Assembly: GCA_963770935.1 (NCBI GenBank)
Contig: CAVYRJ010000001.1
Coordinates: 1 to 64,000, forward strand
Direction: 5' to 3'
DNA from: Candidatus Bathyarchaeota archaeon
GTDB lineage: Archaea; Thermoproteota; Bathyarchaeia; Bathyarchaeales; Bathycorpusculaceae
Length of the DNA: 64,000 nucleotides
This document shows positions 1-11,173 of this stretch, piece after piece; the first letter of the stretch is position 1, and the number at the start of each line of letters is the position of its first letter. A program made the translations under genes and the position numbers. Under the pieces are notes generated by a model. The model was given only the letters and a program-made list of their open reading frames with translations, had not been told where the DNA came from and ran no database searches.

Positions 1-170
1 TTTCATTCAAGCCGTCATTATTCTGGTTTTCAAGTTAAAATACAAGTAAATTCTTCTGCGCATTTTGATCCATCGGTCGGTTCATTAGGTATACTGTTTG
101 CAACAAAAACGGCTCCAACAACCACACCGATAGCTAAGATAGCAATTAATTTAGCGATCGGATCAGGAAA

Positions 171-431
171 TTATACTTGTTCAACTACGGCGTTAATCAC
201 GCTGATTGTTGAGTTTATCCACCACAGGTAAGCGTTTAACGTTGCTCGCAGTGCAACTGTGTCCTCAGCCACTACATTAAGAACGAGGAATAAGCCATTT
301 TTTTCCAGTTTTACATCCGCTCGACTAGAAACTGGTCTTTTAGCTTCGGGAGTCAAAGCACTAAGCAGTGCGGAAAGTTGTTTGTGTGAAGTGAATTTTA
401 AGCGTAAAGTAGCCTTTGCACTCGTTGCCAT
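171..431 (-). CDS. pcc1: KEOPS complex subunit Pcc1
   Basis: 86 aa; 'ALTPE...SRADV...AEDTVALRATLNAYLWW' matches Pcc1; canonical position after rpl37Ae. Confidence 0.85.
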   Translation of the reverse strand: MATSAKATLRLKFTSHKQLSALLSALTPEAKRPVSSRADVKLEKNGLFLVLNVVAEDTVALRATLNAYLWWINSTISVINAVVEQV

Positions 432-510
432 TTAGCATTCCTAAGGTTAAAACTATGTTTCTAAGTAATAAATAAAAATATAAAGAAAAAAAAATTAAAA
501 AATGAAGGTT

Positions 511-834
511 TTATTCAGTTGCTTCTTCTTCAGTTGCCGACTCAACAGACTCTGCAGCCTTGGTGGTTTCTTCAACTGGTGCACCTTTAGCTGCACGTTT
601 GGCCACAACACCCAGCTTTGTTACTGGTGTGTATGCTCCGCCTGCAAAAGTGTATTCGCATTTGCTGCATTTCCAGATGCCAACGCTTTCGCGTTTAACG
701 CGGGTAAAACCGCATTGTGGGCACCTGTGTGGTTTTTTGAGTTCAGTGATTACTTTGATGTAGCGTTTTCTGACGGTGGAGCCGTAACGTACTCCTAAAC
801 CTCGTGTTGGACCAACTTTCTTCATCTTAGGCAA
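511..834 (-). CDS. rpl37ae: 50S ribosomal protein L37Ae (eL43)
   Basis: RYGSTVRKR, CPQC...GIWKCSKC zinc finger, FAGGAY; acidic C-terminal extension. Confidence 0.95.
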   Translation of the reverse strand: MPKMKKVGPTRGLGVRYGSTVRKRYIKVITELKKPHRCPQCGFTRVKRESVGIWKCSKCEYTFAGGAYTPVTKLGVVAKRAAKGAPVEETTKAAESVESATEEEATE

Positions 835-842
835 CTTTTATC

Positions 843-1634
843 TCACCAATCTAGTTTCTTGCGTAGTTCTGCTGCTTTGTCCAGAGCAATCTTTGTGGCT
901 TCTAAAATCTGTTGTGGTGTGAAATAGCCTGAGCCGCCCTTCTGAATGGCGCAAATTGTTCCGTCTTCTTTGGTTGCCATTGTGATGCGTGAGTCCATGA
1001 CTTGTTCTTCTTCTGCTGCAGGATCAATAATCAAGCGATTGTTAATTTTGCCCATGGTAACTGTTACGGGGTGATTCTTCATGGGTAGTGGTGTGTAGCC
1101 TTGCTTGATTTTTAGTTCGCCGTCTTTGATTTCGTAGTTGGGCATTTTAGTGTTTATCAGTGCAGCCATTGCAGCTAACGCGGAAGCATCAATCAGATTT
1201 CCATCGTGATTGAGCACGTAAACGTCCACGAATATCACGAACACTTTCTTGCCGGATTCAATGACTAGTTTCTCGGTGTCGACGCATTTTGACTCCCTGA
1301 TGCCTCTATCAACGACACGTGCGAGTTCAACTGAATCTTCGTTTGGTGGTCCTGGCTCAAAGTTCGGTGAGGCAACTGGAACAAGCTCAGCATTTACAGT
1401 TAAGACGCCATCGTTTGGGGTGTCTGGGAATGGTTCTCCAGTTGAAACTTTGACGCCGACAAGAACCTCAGTTTTACCAAGAAATACTCTTGCAGAACCT
1501 TCAGCGCGCTCAATTAATCCTTGTTCGATTTTGATTTCGCGTGTATCCAGTAAACCTCGTTCGTCTAGGCGTTTGCCTTTCTCGATTAGTTGTTCTATCT
1601 GTCTTAGTCTAACTTTTGTTACAAGTGATGACAT
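843..1634 (-). CDS. rrp42: Exosome subunit Rrp42
   Basis: RNase PH fold; GEPFPDTPNDG, ELARVVDRGIRES, HDGNLIDA. Confidence 0.95.
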   Translation of the reverse strand: MSSLVTKVRLRQIEQLIEKGKRLDERGLLDTREIKIEQGLIERAEGSARVFLGKTEVLVGVKVSTGEPFPDTPNDGVLTVNAELVPVASPNFEPGPPNEDSVELARVVDRGIRESKCVDTEKLVIESGKKVFVIFVDVYVLNHDGNLIDASALAAMAALINTKMPNYEIKDGELKIKQGYTPLPMKNHPVTVTMGKINNRLIIDPAAEEEQVMDSRITMATKEDGTICAIQKGGSGYFTPQQILEATKIALDKAAELRKKLDW

Positions 1635-2369
1635 TTATTCTTCAACCTCTTTTACAACCATGTACTTAGTTTTTAACGCTTCTTTTGACATTTCATATAT
1701 TTTCTTGCATCCTTCCATAGCCATACTTACTGCTTTCTCGAATTCGGCAGGTTCCAAAAGTCCATCCATCTGTAGCAAGGTAATTGCATTTAAACTCGGC
1801 ATGTAAGCAACTGGAACATCTGCGACTCCAAGTTTGTCTTCTGCATCGTAGAGGTCAACCACTACTGTGTCGTCAATTTTTCCGGCTGCACATCCCACAA
1901 CTAAGTCGCGCATTGGAACGCCTGCATCTGCAATGGCTAGTGCTGCAGCGGTGATGGCTGCGCATCTTGTTCCTCCGTCAGCTTGCAAGATTTCAATGAA
2001 AACGTCAACGCCTGTACGTGGGTACAGTTCAAGGAATAGGGCTGGTTCTAAAGATTCTTTTATGACCTTTGATAGTTCAACTTCTCTTCTTGAGGGTGCA
2101 GGTGATTTTCTTTCCTGTACGGAGAAGGGCGCCATGTGATAGCGGCACTTCAAAACCATTCGGTCAGCTTGCATGAGGTGTTTTGGGTGCACTTCTCGCG
2201 GACCAAAAGCTGCAGCTAAAATCTTGTTTTTTCCATGTTCAACATAGGCTGATCCATCAGCGTTTGAGAGTACGCCTACTTGAAGTTTTAGGGGGCGAAG
2301 TTCATCCGCTTTTCTTCCATCCAATCGGATGCCTTTTTTATCGATTAATTTCTCTTGTTTTTCATTCAA
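1635..2369 (-). CDS. rrp41: Exosome exonuclease Rrp41
   Basis: [36 protein letters not shown]. Confidence 0.95.
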   Translation of the reverse strand: MNEKQEKLIDKKGIRLDGRKADELRPLKLQVGVLSNADGSAYVEHGKNKILAAAFGPREVHPKHLMQADRMVLKCRYHMAPFSVQERKSPAPSRREVELSKVIKESLEPALFLELYPRTGVDVFIEILQADGGTRCAAITAAALAIADAGVPMRDLVVGCAAGKIDDTVVVDLYDAEDKLGVADVPVAYMPSLNAITLLQMDGLLEPAEFEKAVSMAMEGCKKIYEMSKEALKTKYMVVKEVEE

Positions 2370-3075
2370 CTTTGTTTTCCTCCACTTTACCTAATTTCTT
2401 TTCTTTTAGCAACTGTGTAATGCGATCAGTAAGACCGCTTGTATGGGATTCTGCCTCAATCTTTCGGATCACATATATTGCAAGTTCCTCTTCTTCCAAG
2501 GTTTTGCCTGTGACCAAGATGACACCGTTTAAGCCGAGGATAATTTGGCAGTTGGTTTCCTGTTTAATCATGGAAATCATTGAGCCTTTTCGCCCAATTA
2601 TTCGGGGAATCTTTGTGGGTGTCACATGAAGGATTTGGCCTCGAGTAATTTTTCCCAGTCCAGGTTCTCCAACTGTAAGTTGTGGGTCGTGTGCTCTGTC
2701 GAAGGATGCGATTTTGGCAACGATTAAGTCGCCTGCGGTTAAGACTTGGGATAACTCGTCATTTTGTGGTTTGAAGGGTCTGCTTAGGACGTCTGATGCA
2801 CGTAGGAGTGCTGTGTAGGGTGCTTTAATGTCGACGGTCCAGCCGTTGAATCCGACTTCGATGATTGTTCCAATTACTATGTCACCCATTTTTGGCACAT
2901 AAAAAGCCCTTAGTGCGACAACGTTTACTTTTTTGTTGTCACTGTCTACGAGTCCAATCCTTGAGGCATAAATCTTGCCTGCTTCCACATACGTGTTTTC
3001 GCCAGGTAAATAGTCGCCTTCAGCGAGCATTTCTCCGGGCGTAACAAGCTGTTTTTTTTCAAAGAATGTTGGCAT
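2362..3075 (-). CDS. rrp4: Exosome RNA-binding subunit Rrp4
   Basis: [16 protein letters not shown] (S1), [12 protein letters not shown] (KH); start taken at MPTFF. Confidence 0.93.
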   Translation of the reverse strand: MPTFFEKKQLVTPGEMLAEGDYLPGENTYVEAGKIYASRIGLVDSDNKKVNVVALRAFYVPKMGDIVIGTIIEVGFNGWTVDIKAPYTALLRASDVLSRPFKPQNDELSQVLTAGDLIVAKIASFDRAHDPQLTVGEPGLGKITRGQILHVTPTKIPRIIGRKGSMISMIKQETNCQIILGLNGVILVTGKTLEEEELAIYVIRKIEAESHTSGLTDRITQLLKEKKLGKVEENKVE

Positions 3076-3102
3076 AAAATCACCTATCATTTTTTTTCAT
3101 TA

Positions 3103-3793
3103 CTATGAGATTATTTTTGCTTCTCCTGTTCCCTTGGTTGCGTCGCCAAGCTTGTTTAATAGCGAAGCGTATGATCCTGCGGGTAATTCAAGTTCGCCAT
3201 ACCATGAACCGTCACCGCGCCACTCTTCCCGCTTTATGGTACCCAGTGTTTTGATTGTACCGTAAGCTCTTGCCGCATGCTGCATTGGGAATCTTGACAG
3301 CGACTTTAACCTGCTCGATTTTCAGGGGCAAGATAGGTCGGAGCAGTTTAACTATGTCTTTGGCTTGCTCTTCAATGGGTTTGTATGGATCTATAGGGTA
3401 ACGGATTTGCTCCATGGCGTTTTCTATGCGTGCTGGAGGATGAGGCAAATTCGTTTTTGGGTCAACTGCTTGGCGAGAAATAAAATCTATAACTTGTCTT
3501 TTTTTATCTTCGACCATTTTGCGTCTTTGGTCGGTTGTAAGTTGCAGGGTTCCTTTCTTTAGGATTTCATCTGCAATTTTTAGTGGGTCACATGTTTTGA
3601 AGGCTTTTTTCATTGCTTCTTCAGAGACTTTAGTGCCCTTGTTTGCGTCAGCGAAAATCATTTCAGCGGCTAAAACCTCAGTTATCCCTGCGATTTTGCC
3701 GTTTCGGTAGTCGAGCGCTTTTTGTGGCTTAACCAATATTTCAAAATGTTCATTTTCTCTTGTTAAGCGTGCGACGGTGAACTTTTCGCTCAT
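3103..3793 (-). CDS. Ribosome maturation factor SBDS/Sdo1 (one frameshift near 3285)
   Basis: FEILVKP, QLTTDQRR, PHPPARIENAM; C-terminal domain continues in ORF 3103..3285. Confidence 0.9.
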
Positions 3794-3800
3794 TAGGTTT

Positions 3801-4529
3801 TCACTTGCTTGAACCCAGCTCTTTGATGTAGCCTTCCACAGTGTTGTCGTTTAACATTTCCATTTTCTGTGTCGCAGCTGGGATGATTGCGATTTTTATT
3901 CTTGGCGGTAGTTGGCGTGCTTCGAGGGCTTTTACTAGGCATTTAACTGTGAGTTTTATGCTATTGTCAAGGGTTAGGTCTTCTTTGTATTCTTCTTTTA
4001 GGATGCCGAGAACTGTTTCTCTTCCTGCGCCCAGCGCTGTTGCTTTGTAGCCTCTGTAGGTTCCGCTTGGATGTGTTCCGAAGACGCGTGTTCCTGTTTT
4101 GTCGACTCCTCCAAAGATTATGGAAACTCCGAAGGGTCGGACACCTGCATGTTGGGTGTACATTTGTTGGATGTCGCATATGCGTTTGGTTACGACTTCT
4201 ACATCGATGGGTTCGTCGTAAGTTAGTTTGTTGCTTTGAGCGTAAATTCTTGCTTGGTCAATTAGGATTCTGGCGTCGGAACTTAACCCGACTATGGCTG
4301 CGCCAATATGGTCGTCTACTCGGAAGATTTTCCATGAGTACCCTGCTTCTTCAAGGACTTCGATGTTTTCTTCTGAACCGAGAACTAATCCTTCTGTGGA
4401 TTGGATACCTATGATGGTTGCTCCGCGATTTACAAGTTCCATCGCGTATTCTACTTGGAAAAGTCGTCCATCAGGCGAGAAAACGGTAATGGCACGGTCA
4501 TATGCTCCTGGTGCTGCAAATACAGACAT
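3801..4529 (-). CDS. psmA: Proteasome alpha subunit
   Basis: YDRAITVFSPDGRLFQVEYA signature; GVRPFGVS. Confidence 0.97.
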   Translation of the reverse strand: MSVFAAPGAYDRAITVFSPDGRLFQVEYAMELVNRGATIIGIQSTEGLVLGSEENIEVLEEAGYSWKIFRVDDHIGAAIVGLSSDARILIDQARIYAQSNKLTYDEPIDVEVVTKRICDIQQMYTQHAGVRPFGVSIIFGGVDKTGTRVFGTHPSGTYRGYKATALGAGRETVLGILKEEYKEDLTLDNSIKLTVKCLVKALEARQLPPRIKIAIIPAATQKMEMLNDNTVEGYIKELGSSK

Positions 4530-4688
4530 AATGTTATCCTCACTTTACACTATACACTTTTTCACAGTCTCATATAATAACTACACTAAAAACCTTTCCT
4601 ATAAAAGCAAAATCCAAGTAGCAAGCCTCAAAGGGTTTGAGAGCGACTATAACGGTGAAAAACGTTAAAAATCCGTGCTCGCACGACT

Positions 4689-5204
4689 CTATTGTTTGGC
4701 TGCTTCTTTGGTCATTTTTTTGATAAATTCTTTAATGTTTTCCTGTTGTCCGTAAACTATCATTTTTCCGTCTTTTTGAGGCTTAATTTCAAGTCCAAGA
4801 TCACATGCAATTTGCTTAATCCTCTCAGTTGACAGGTCATTGACGGGTTCTACGCGGACCCATTTTTGGTCTCTGGGAACTCCTGTTACAAACTTGTTTT
4901 CTCCTAGATTTTCTTCACAGATTTCAGCGTTGGCTTCTTCTAGGCGTCTTAGCCATGCGTCAACTTTTTCTGGACCAAAAACCTTCTGCGCCTCTTCTGC
5001 AAGGTAAGCTTCCACGTTTGCGGTTAATTCTTCAGCTTTCTGGAGAACATCGCCAGCTCCTTTCGATTGGGTACAATGGAGCTTTATCATAGATTTCGCA
5101 GACCTCAAGTCGGATAGAGTATTTTCCGGGATTTTTACGCCTTTTTTTTCCAATTCGATAAGCATTTCTTCGAGGACTTTCCATGATGCCATGTTGTGAC
5201 CCAT
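4689..5204 (-). CDS. DUF2096-like protein
   Basis: W-x-VL-x-E-x-x-x-EL-x-KKG N-terminus and 'FVTGVPRDQKWVRV' resemble DUF2096. Confidence 0.6.
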   Translation of the reverse strand: MGHNMASWKVLEEMLIELEKKGVKIPENTLSDLRSAKSMIKLHCTQSKGAGDVLQKAEELTANVEAYLAEEAQKVFGPEKVDAWLRRLEEANAEICEENLGENKFVTGVPRDQKWVRVEPVNDLSTERIKQIACDLGLEIKPQKDGKMIVYGQQENIKEFIKKMTKEAAKQ

Positions 5205-5363
5205 ATTAGACGCCTACCTGAAATGTAGGGGTTTGCGCTATAAAATGTTATCAGAAGACAGGATTTGGAAAGAAATAAATCGGCTATCTGGTTTGTAATT
5301 AGTGGCGAAGACTTACTTTGCCAAAGAAACTTTACTCTTAATATTTTTTTGGGGAATAATAAA

Positions 5364-6735
5364 ATGAAGTTGCAAACCATCAAGTCTGAGGGCTTAGCCC
5401 ACAACAGCTACTTCTTAGCTGATCAAGACGAAGCTGTCGTTGTGGATCCGCGGCGCGATTGCGAAATCTATCTACAACTCGCCAAAGAAGCATGTGTGAA
5501 AATCAAGTATATTCTGGAAACTCATCGAAACGAAGACTACGTCATTGGCTCTATGGAGCTTCAGAATCTAACAGAAGCAGAAATCGGGCACAGCAACGCC
5601 TTGCCGTTCAAGTATGGAGAACACAACATTGGGAGACAACGACACTTTAAACGTGGGAAGCATCGAAATCAAAGCCGTTTACACTCCGGGACACACAGAT
5701 GAATCCCTCTGCTACGCGGTTTATCCACCTCAAAGCGCCGAGGCATCGCTGGTTTTCACAGGTGACACTCTCTTTGCTGGTTCCGTGGGAAGAACAGATC
5801 TTTACGGCAAACCTGCCCAGAGAGCACAAGCAGAAAAAATCTACATCAGCCTTCACGAAAAGGTTTTGCCGCTTGGCGACCACGTTCTGGTTTATCCAGC
5901 GCATGGCGCAGGAAGTGTCTGCGGCCATGGCATTAGCGGGATGGAACCTACTACGTTGGGCTATGAGAAGAAAACCAACCCGTACCTTCAGCTTGGCAGA
6001 GAAGAGTTCACCCGAAAAGTGCTCAGTGAAGAGTTTGTTGTTCCGCGCTACTTTAGGAAGATGGAGGAGCTAAACCTTAATGGTCCACCCTTGCTAAGTG
6101 AGCTATCTTATCCTAAGCCTTTGTCTTTGGCAGAGTTTGAAGAGGAAATTGATCAACAAAACATGGTAGTTATGGATACGCGTATGCCCTACGCGTTTGC
6201 AGGTTCTCACATCCCCAACTCGGTTAGCATGTGGCTTGGCGGCGCCAGCGTCTACCCAGGCTGGCTCTTTGATATCAACCAATACATCATGTTTGTGCAT
6301 GAACGCCCAGAAGACATTGATGTGGCGACGCGAAGGCTAAGGCGACTTGGCTTTGACAACATGTGCGGCTACCTTTGCGGCGGCATGGAGCAGTGGCAGG
6401 AAGCAGGCAAACCCATAAGATCTTTCGGCACTTTGTCGGCAATTGAGCTCAAGAACAAGCTGGAAAAGCGGGAAACTCTGCTTTTGGATGTTCGAGAACC
6501 CAGCGAATGGAAAGAAGACGGCTATGTTGTAGGCGCCGAGTTGATTTTTTTTGCTGATTTACAGGAAAAGGCTGGTTTACTACCAAAAGACAAACCGATT
6601 GCAGTGACCTGTTCGGTTGGCAAACGCTCCAGCATAGGCGCAAGCATACTTGAAAGAGAAGGATTCAAAAACGTCAGCAACGTCCTCGGCGGCATGACGG
6701 CTTGGTATAATCTTGGCTACCCAACAAAAAAGTGA
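5364..6735 (+). CDS. MBL-fold metallohydrolase fused to two rhodanese domains (frameshift near 5630)
   Basis: AVVVDPRRD, ETHRNEDY, TPGHT, FTGDTLF, YPAHGAGSVCG; C-terminal rhodanese CSVGKRS and GGMTAW. Confidence 0.85.
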
Positions 6736-6737
6736 AC

Positions 6738-7457
6738 TTAGACTTTCGCCCTTTAATGTTTTTGCCATTCTCTTAGAGGTGTCTTTGGGCTCTAAAAGCT
6801 CCTTGACAAGGCTGTATTGGCGTTGGTAGATATGGCAATTCTTTGAATGGAAAATTAGTTTGCCAGTTTTCAGAGACAGGTTGCTGCGTTCATTTATTTC
6901 GTTAACGAAGGCTTCATTGAAAAGTTGAAGTCCAGCAATATTAGCTGGCAAACCTCCAAATGCGTCCCAACTACGAAAATAGCAAGTGAGATGCATTTGG
7001 TTGTCGAGAATTTCTGTGTCAATCAGGCTTAAGCAGGGCGGTTCACTTTTTTTATTGTTTTCATCGTATTTTTTTATGTCGATCTGGAAGCCTGTATAAC
7101 CATTGTTACTTGTCGGTCTCTTTGCTCTTCGATGTATCTTTTTATGGCTTCTTCAACTTGGTTAACGGGATGATTCAGCCGACTGCCATAGGTGTAGGTT
7201 TCATCTTCTTGTTTTTCTCCACACCACAAATACTCCAAAGCGTAGCCTTGAACATACTTGAAATCGCATGGGGCTTTGTCGCTGACAAGAGGCCGGTTTT
7301 CTGGGTTTGATATTTCAATGGAAAGATTCAGCTTTTTGGTTTCAGTTTCTTCTGATCCAAAACCTACTCGGAAAACATCGCCATCCTTCCATATAGCACT
7401 CAACGTTTTGTACCATGCGTCAGGGCAGTCGAATGCTGAAATCTTCAAATGCTTCAT
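6738..7457 (-). CDS. thyA: Archaeal-type thymidylate synthase (frameshift near 7080; 3' end approximate)
   Basis: YTYGSRL, PPCL (about 7030-7041), FRSWD, GLPANIAG (dUMP-specifying Asn), HIY; GGAG before ATG at 7457. Confidence 0.8.
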
Positions 7458-7785
7458 GCTAATCTCCAAGAACACTCTTACTTGTGTTCTTAGCTTAATT
7501 GTTTTTTGTATGTCCTCTGTAGTCAGTCTTTGTTTTAGCTCTGATAGATAACACCAGTGATGCAAAACGTTGTTTCATCATCATTATCATCATCTTCTCC
7601 TTCAATGTTGACGATTAAGGGAGGAGTGGTCGTTCGATGAAAATACTGCTACCCATGCTGATGAGGCTAAAATAAATTTAATAGTCTTATTGACATTTGT
7701 TGCCAAAAAAGGACTCGAAAAACGAATAGATCCAGAACTTAATCCAAAAGATTAACCAAAACCAAAAAGAAAAGAAGTTTTGGGT

Positions 7786-9474
7786 TTAGTAGGGCATTCC
7801 GCCCATACCGCCCATTCCACCCATGCCTCCCATACCGCCGCCCATTCCTCCTGGGGGCATTGGGGGCATCTTGCTGCCGCCTTTGATGCTGATTAAGTCG
7901 TCGATTTTCAGTATCATGTTTGTGGCTTCGGTTGCGGATTTTATGACTTGCTGCTTTACGCGGAGTGGTTCAATGATCATTTGTTTGCACATGTCGATGA
8001 TTTTGCCTGAGGATACGTCGATGCCGAAGGTTTGGCTGTTTGGTTTCTCATGTTGGGCGCGTAATGCTACCATGATGTCTATGGGGTCTAAGCCTGCGTT
8101 CTCAGCGAGTGTTAATGGAATTTCTTCGACTGCATCTGCGAAAGCTTCTACGGCTAGCTGTTCGCGTCCGCCAACTTTCACGGCGAAAGCACGAAGGTTC
8201 TTTGAGAGTTCTGCTTCGGGTGATCCGCCGCCTGCAACGATTTTGCCATCTTCAATTACGTTTCGGACAACGCATAAGCCGTCATGTAGGCTGCGTTCTG
8301 CTTCGTCAATTACATGGTTAGATGCGCCTCGGATGACTATGGTTACGGCTTTGGGGTTCTTGCAGTCGCGAATGTAGATTAGTTTGTCATCGCCGATTTT
8401 GACTTCTTCAACACGTTTAGCTTTGCCAAGAGAGTCAGGTGTCAAGTCTTTTACGCTTGCGCCGATACTGCCGCCTGTGGCTCGAGATAGTTTTTCCATG
8501 TCGCTGCTGCTAACGCTCTTAACAGCTAAAACACCTGCTTTACCCAAGAAGTGCAGCACCGTATCGTCGATGCCTTTCTCACAGAAGATAACGTTTGCAC
8601 CAGACTTGGTAATTGCGGTCACCATATCTTTTAGCATTCGTTCTTCTTCGTCGAGGAACATCTTCATTTGGTCTGGGCTTTCAATGTTAATTTTTGCATC
8701 AAACTCTGTTTTCTCGATTTCTAGTTTAGCGTTTAAGAGGGCGATTTTTGCGCCGTCGATGAGTTTTGGCATACCTGAGCTTGCAACTTCTTTGTCTAGG
8801 ACCATGCCTTTGACTAGTTCTGTTTCATCGAGGCTTTGTCCGTGTTTCTTAACGACTTTAATCAGGTCAATGTCTGCAACATAATTTTCGTCAACTTTTT
8901 CAGAAACTTGCTTTACTGCTTCAACGATTATTTTTGCAAAATGGTCTTCTGCAACGTTGATGCCTTTACTTGATATAGATGTGATTGCAATGTTCCGCAG
9001 GGTTTTTTCGTCTTCGAATGCTACAGGGATGGCAATTTTTTCTAGGATTTTCTGAGCTTCTTCACTTGCTTTCTTATACCCCTCAATTATGACTGTGGGG
9101 TGTATGCTTTTGTCAAGTAAACTTTCAGCTTTTGCAAGCAGTTCTCCTGCTAAAATAACTGCGGTTGTTGTTCCGTCGCCGACTTCGTTGTCCTGGGCTT
9201 TGGCTACTTCGACGAGCATTTTTGCTGCTGGATGTTGAACGTCGAGTTCCTTCATGATGGTTGCACCGTCGTTTGTGATTGCAACGTCTCCCATGCCGCT
9301 AACGAGCATTTTATCCATTCCGCATGGACCGAGCGTTGATTTGACGGATTCAGCCACTATCTTTGCAGCCATGATGTTGTTTTTTTGTGCTTCGCGACCA
9401 CTTGAGCGGCCTGTGCCTTCTTTTAATACTAGAATCGGGATGTTTCCTCCACCTTGAGACATATTTTTCACCAA
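7786..9474 (-). CDS. ths: Thermosome (group II chaperonin) subunit
   Basis: [28 protein letters not shown]-repeat tail. Confidence 0.97.
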   Translation of the reverse strand: MVKNMSQGGGNIPILVLKEGTGRSSGREAQKNNIMAAKIVAESVKSTLGPCGMDKMLVSGMGDVAITNDGATIMKELDVQHPAAKMLVEVAKAQDNEVGDGTTTAVILAGELLAKAESLLDKSIHPTVIIEGYKKASEEAQKILEKIAIPVAFEDEKTLRNIAITSISSKGINVAEDHFAKIIVEAVKQVSEKVDENYVADIDLIKVVKKHGQSLDETELVKGMVLDKEVASSGMPKLIDGAKIALLNAKLEIEKTEFDAKINIESPDQMKMFLDEEERMLKDMVTAITKSGANVIFCEKGIDDTVLHFLGKAGVLAVKSVSSSDMEKLSRATGGSIGASVKDLTPDSLGKAKRVEEVKIGDDKLIYIRDCKNPKAVTIVIRGASNHVIDEAERSLHDGLCVVRNVIEDGKIVAGGGSPEAELSKNLRAFAVKVGGREQLAVEAFADAVEEIPLTLAENAGLDPIDIMVALRAQHEKPNSQTFGIDVSSGKIIDMCKQMIIEPLRVKQQVIKSATEATNMILKIDDLISIKGGSKMPPMPPGGMGGGMGGMGGMGGMGGMPY

Positions 9475-9598
9475 TATTTCCTTAAGTTATTAGAGTCTAA
9501 ACGGAACAATCAAACCTTCAGATATAAATTTTTCCCAGAGCAAGGCTATAATTCGGCTAACCAACCCACAGTAAACCATGGAAAAAATCTGTATGCTT

Positions 9599-10657
9599 TT
9601 AATTCGCTTTAATTATGTGGTATCCTGATGCTTTTCTCAGCCTATTCATAACCGCCAAACCAAGCCCCTCTGAAGATACGCCCTCGGCAATTATGACATC
9701 GACGTTTTCTGCATCAACTTCCCTTAGTAAACGAAATAGGTTCTGGGCAACGGATGCCAAGTTGGAACGGCTGCCAAGCGATTTGACCACATCTGCTTTG
9801 TAGGCCGTTTGGGTTTGGTCTGTGGCGAGGACACCTACTTTTTTGCCTTTAAGGGTATAGGATTCGGCTAATTCCTTGACTTTGGCTATTACAGCAGATA
9901 CTTTTCCTTCGACAAGGATTACTTCGGCTTTTGGAGCATAATGTTTGTGCTTCATTCCAGGCGACCGAATGTCTTTCAGCACTAACTCCCGTTCGGCTTG
10001 AACGAAGGGATGAAGCTTCAAATCGCGAAGAACCTCCTTTAATGCTTCAAACGGTGTGCCACCCGGGCGTAGAAGCATTGGCGGGTCAACGCTCAAATCA
10101 ACCACTGTTGATTCAACACCTATGTTTGTGGCTCCGCTGTCAATGATGGCGTCGATTCTGCCGTTTAGGTCTTCATAGACATGTTGGGCGGTTGTTGGGC
10201 TGGGTTTACCTGCGAGGTTTGCGCTTGGCGCTGCGATGGGTCGGCAGCTTTGTTTTATTAGTTCCAATGCTACTTTATGTTTGGGCATGCGAATTGCAAC
10301 AGTGTCCAAGCCTGCAACAGTCACTTTTGGGACAACATTTGAGCGTTTAAAGATAAGCGTTAAAGGTCCAGGCCAAAATTTTTCCATCAATACTTCAGCC
10401 TTTTTTGGTACCGCCTTAACTAGTTTGTAAACTTCTTTGGGATCTGCCACATGGACGATTGGCGGGTTATCCAGCGGTCGCTTCTTTGCCTCAAAAAGTG
10501 CCAACACAGCTACGGGGTTTAGTGCGTCTGCTCCTAAACCATAAACTGTTTCCGTTGGAAAAGCCACTAGCCCACCTTTCTGGATTATCTCCGCTGCTGT
10601 TTGGATTTTTGCTGGGTCAATGTTTTCTGGGTCAACATTTAAGAGGAGTGTTTTCAT
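9599..10657 (-). CDS. sua5: L-threonylcarbamoyladenylate synthase Sua5
   Basis: FPTETVYGLG, KKRPLDNP, AAPSAN, SPGMKHKHYAP and the SUA5 C-domain. Confidence 0.95.
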   Translation of the reverse strand: MKTLLLNVDPENIDPAKIQTAAEIIQKGGLVAFPTETVYGLGADALNPVAVLALFEAKKRPLDNPPIVHVADPKEVYKLVKAVPKKAEVLMEKFWPGPLTLIFKRSNVVPKVTVAGLDTVAIRMPKHKVALELIKQSCRPIAAPSANLAGKPSPTTAQHVYEDLNGRIDAIIDSGATNIGVESTVVDLSVDPPMLLRPGGTPFEALKEVLRDLKLHPFVQAERELVLKDIRSPGMKHKHYAPKAEVILVEGKVSAVIAKVKELAESYTLKGKKVGVLATDQTQTAYKADVVKSLGSRSNLASVAQNLFRLLREVDAENVDVIIAEGVSSEGLGLAVMNRLRKASGYHIIKAN

Positions 10658-11148
10658 CGAGATTGCCTTTTTTGTTCAAGTACTATCGAGGTTTCAATTT
10701 GTCGATCAGGGATATTCCAGTATTTCTTTAACAGCTTATTTGTTTCTTCCCTAGAAAGCAGTACAAACCCGTGTTTTTGGTAAAAATCTATTGCCCATTG
10801 TGCATTTTCCCATGTGCCTACAAGAATCATTTGGGTTTTAGCTATGCTAAGCAGGCGGTTTAGGAGTTTTTCTCCTATTCCTTTCCGCTGATGACTTGTC
10901 AGGGTGTATGCATGTCTGATTAATGTTACATCGTTGACGGGTTGGATCCCCATAACCGCAATCAAGGAATTATTTTCTATGTAACCGTAGAATTGGACGC
11001 CGCTTTGAATTTCTTCTTTTAATTCTTGTGCTGACATATAGGGTTCTTTCCAGCAGTCACCGGGAATCTTACCCTTGTAAACAAAGGCAGCATTGTTTAT
11101 CACAGTCAGGATTGCTTGGAAGTCTGCGTTTGCTAATTTGCGAATCAT
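10654..11148 (-). CDS. GNAT family N-acetyltransferase
   Basis: LIRHAY...QRKGIG motif A; AIDFYQKHGF. Confidence 0.85.
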   Translation of the reverse strand: MIRKLANADFQAILTVINNAAFVYKGKIPGDCWKEPYMSAQELKEEIQSGVQFYGYIENNSLIAVMGIQPVNDVTLIRHAYTLTSHQRKGIGEKLLNRLLSIAKTQMILVGTWENAQWAIDFYQKHGFVLLSREETNKLLKKYWNIPDRQIETSIVLEQKRQSR

Positions 11149-11173
11149 TGAAGCGCCACTGATTTGCGAAAAG

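Noticed and set aside
6580-6996. thyA as a phage-type dCMP hydroxymethylase, and its long overlap with the rhodanese gene
   Set aside because: The Asn in GLPANIAG indicates dUMP specificity, no DNA-modification genes are adjacent, and the overlap disappears with a one-base correction near 6745.
7801-7870. Short GC-rich tandem repeats
   Set aside because: They encode the ordinary GGM tail of the thermosome; not CRISPR or a mobile repeat.
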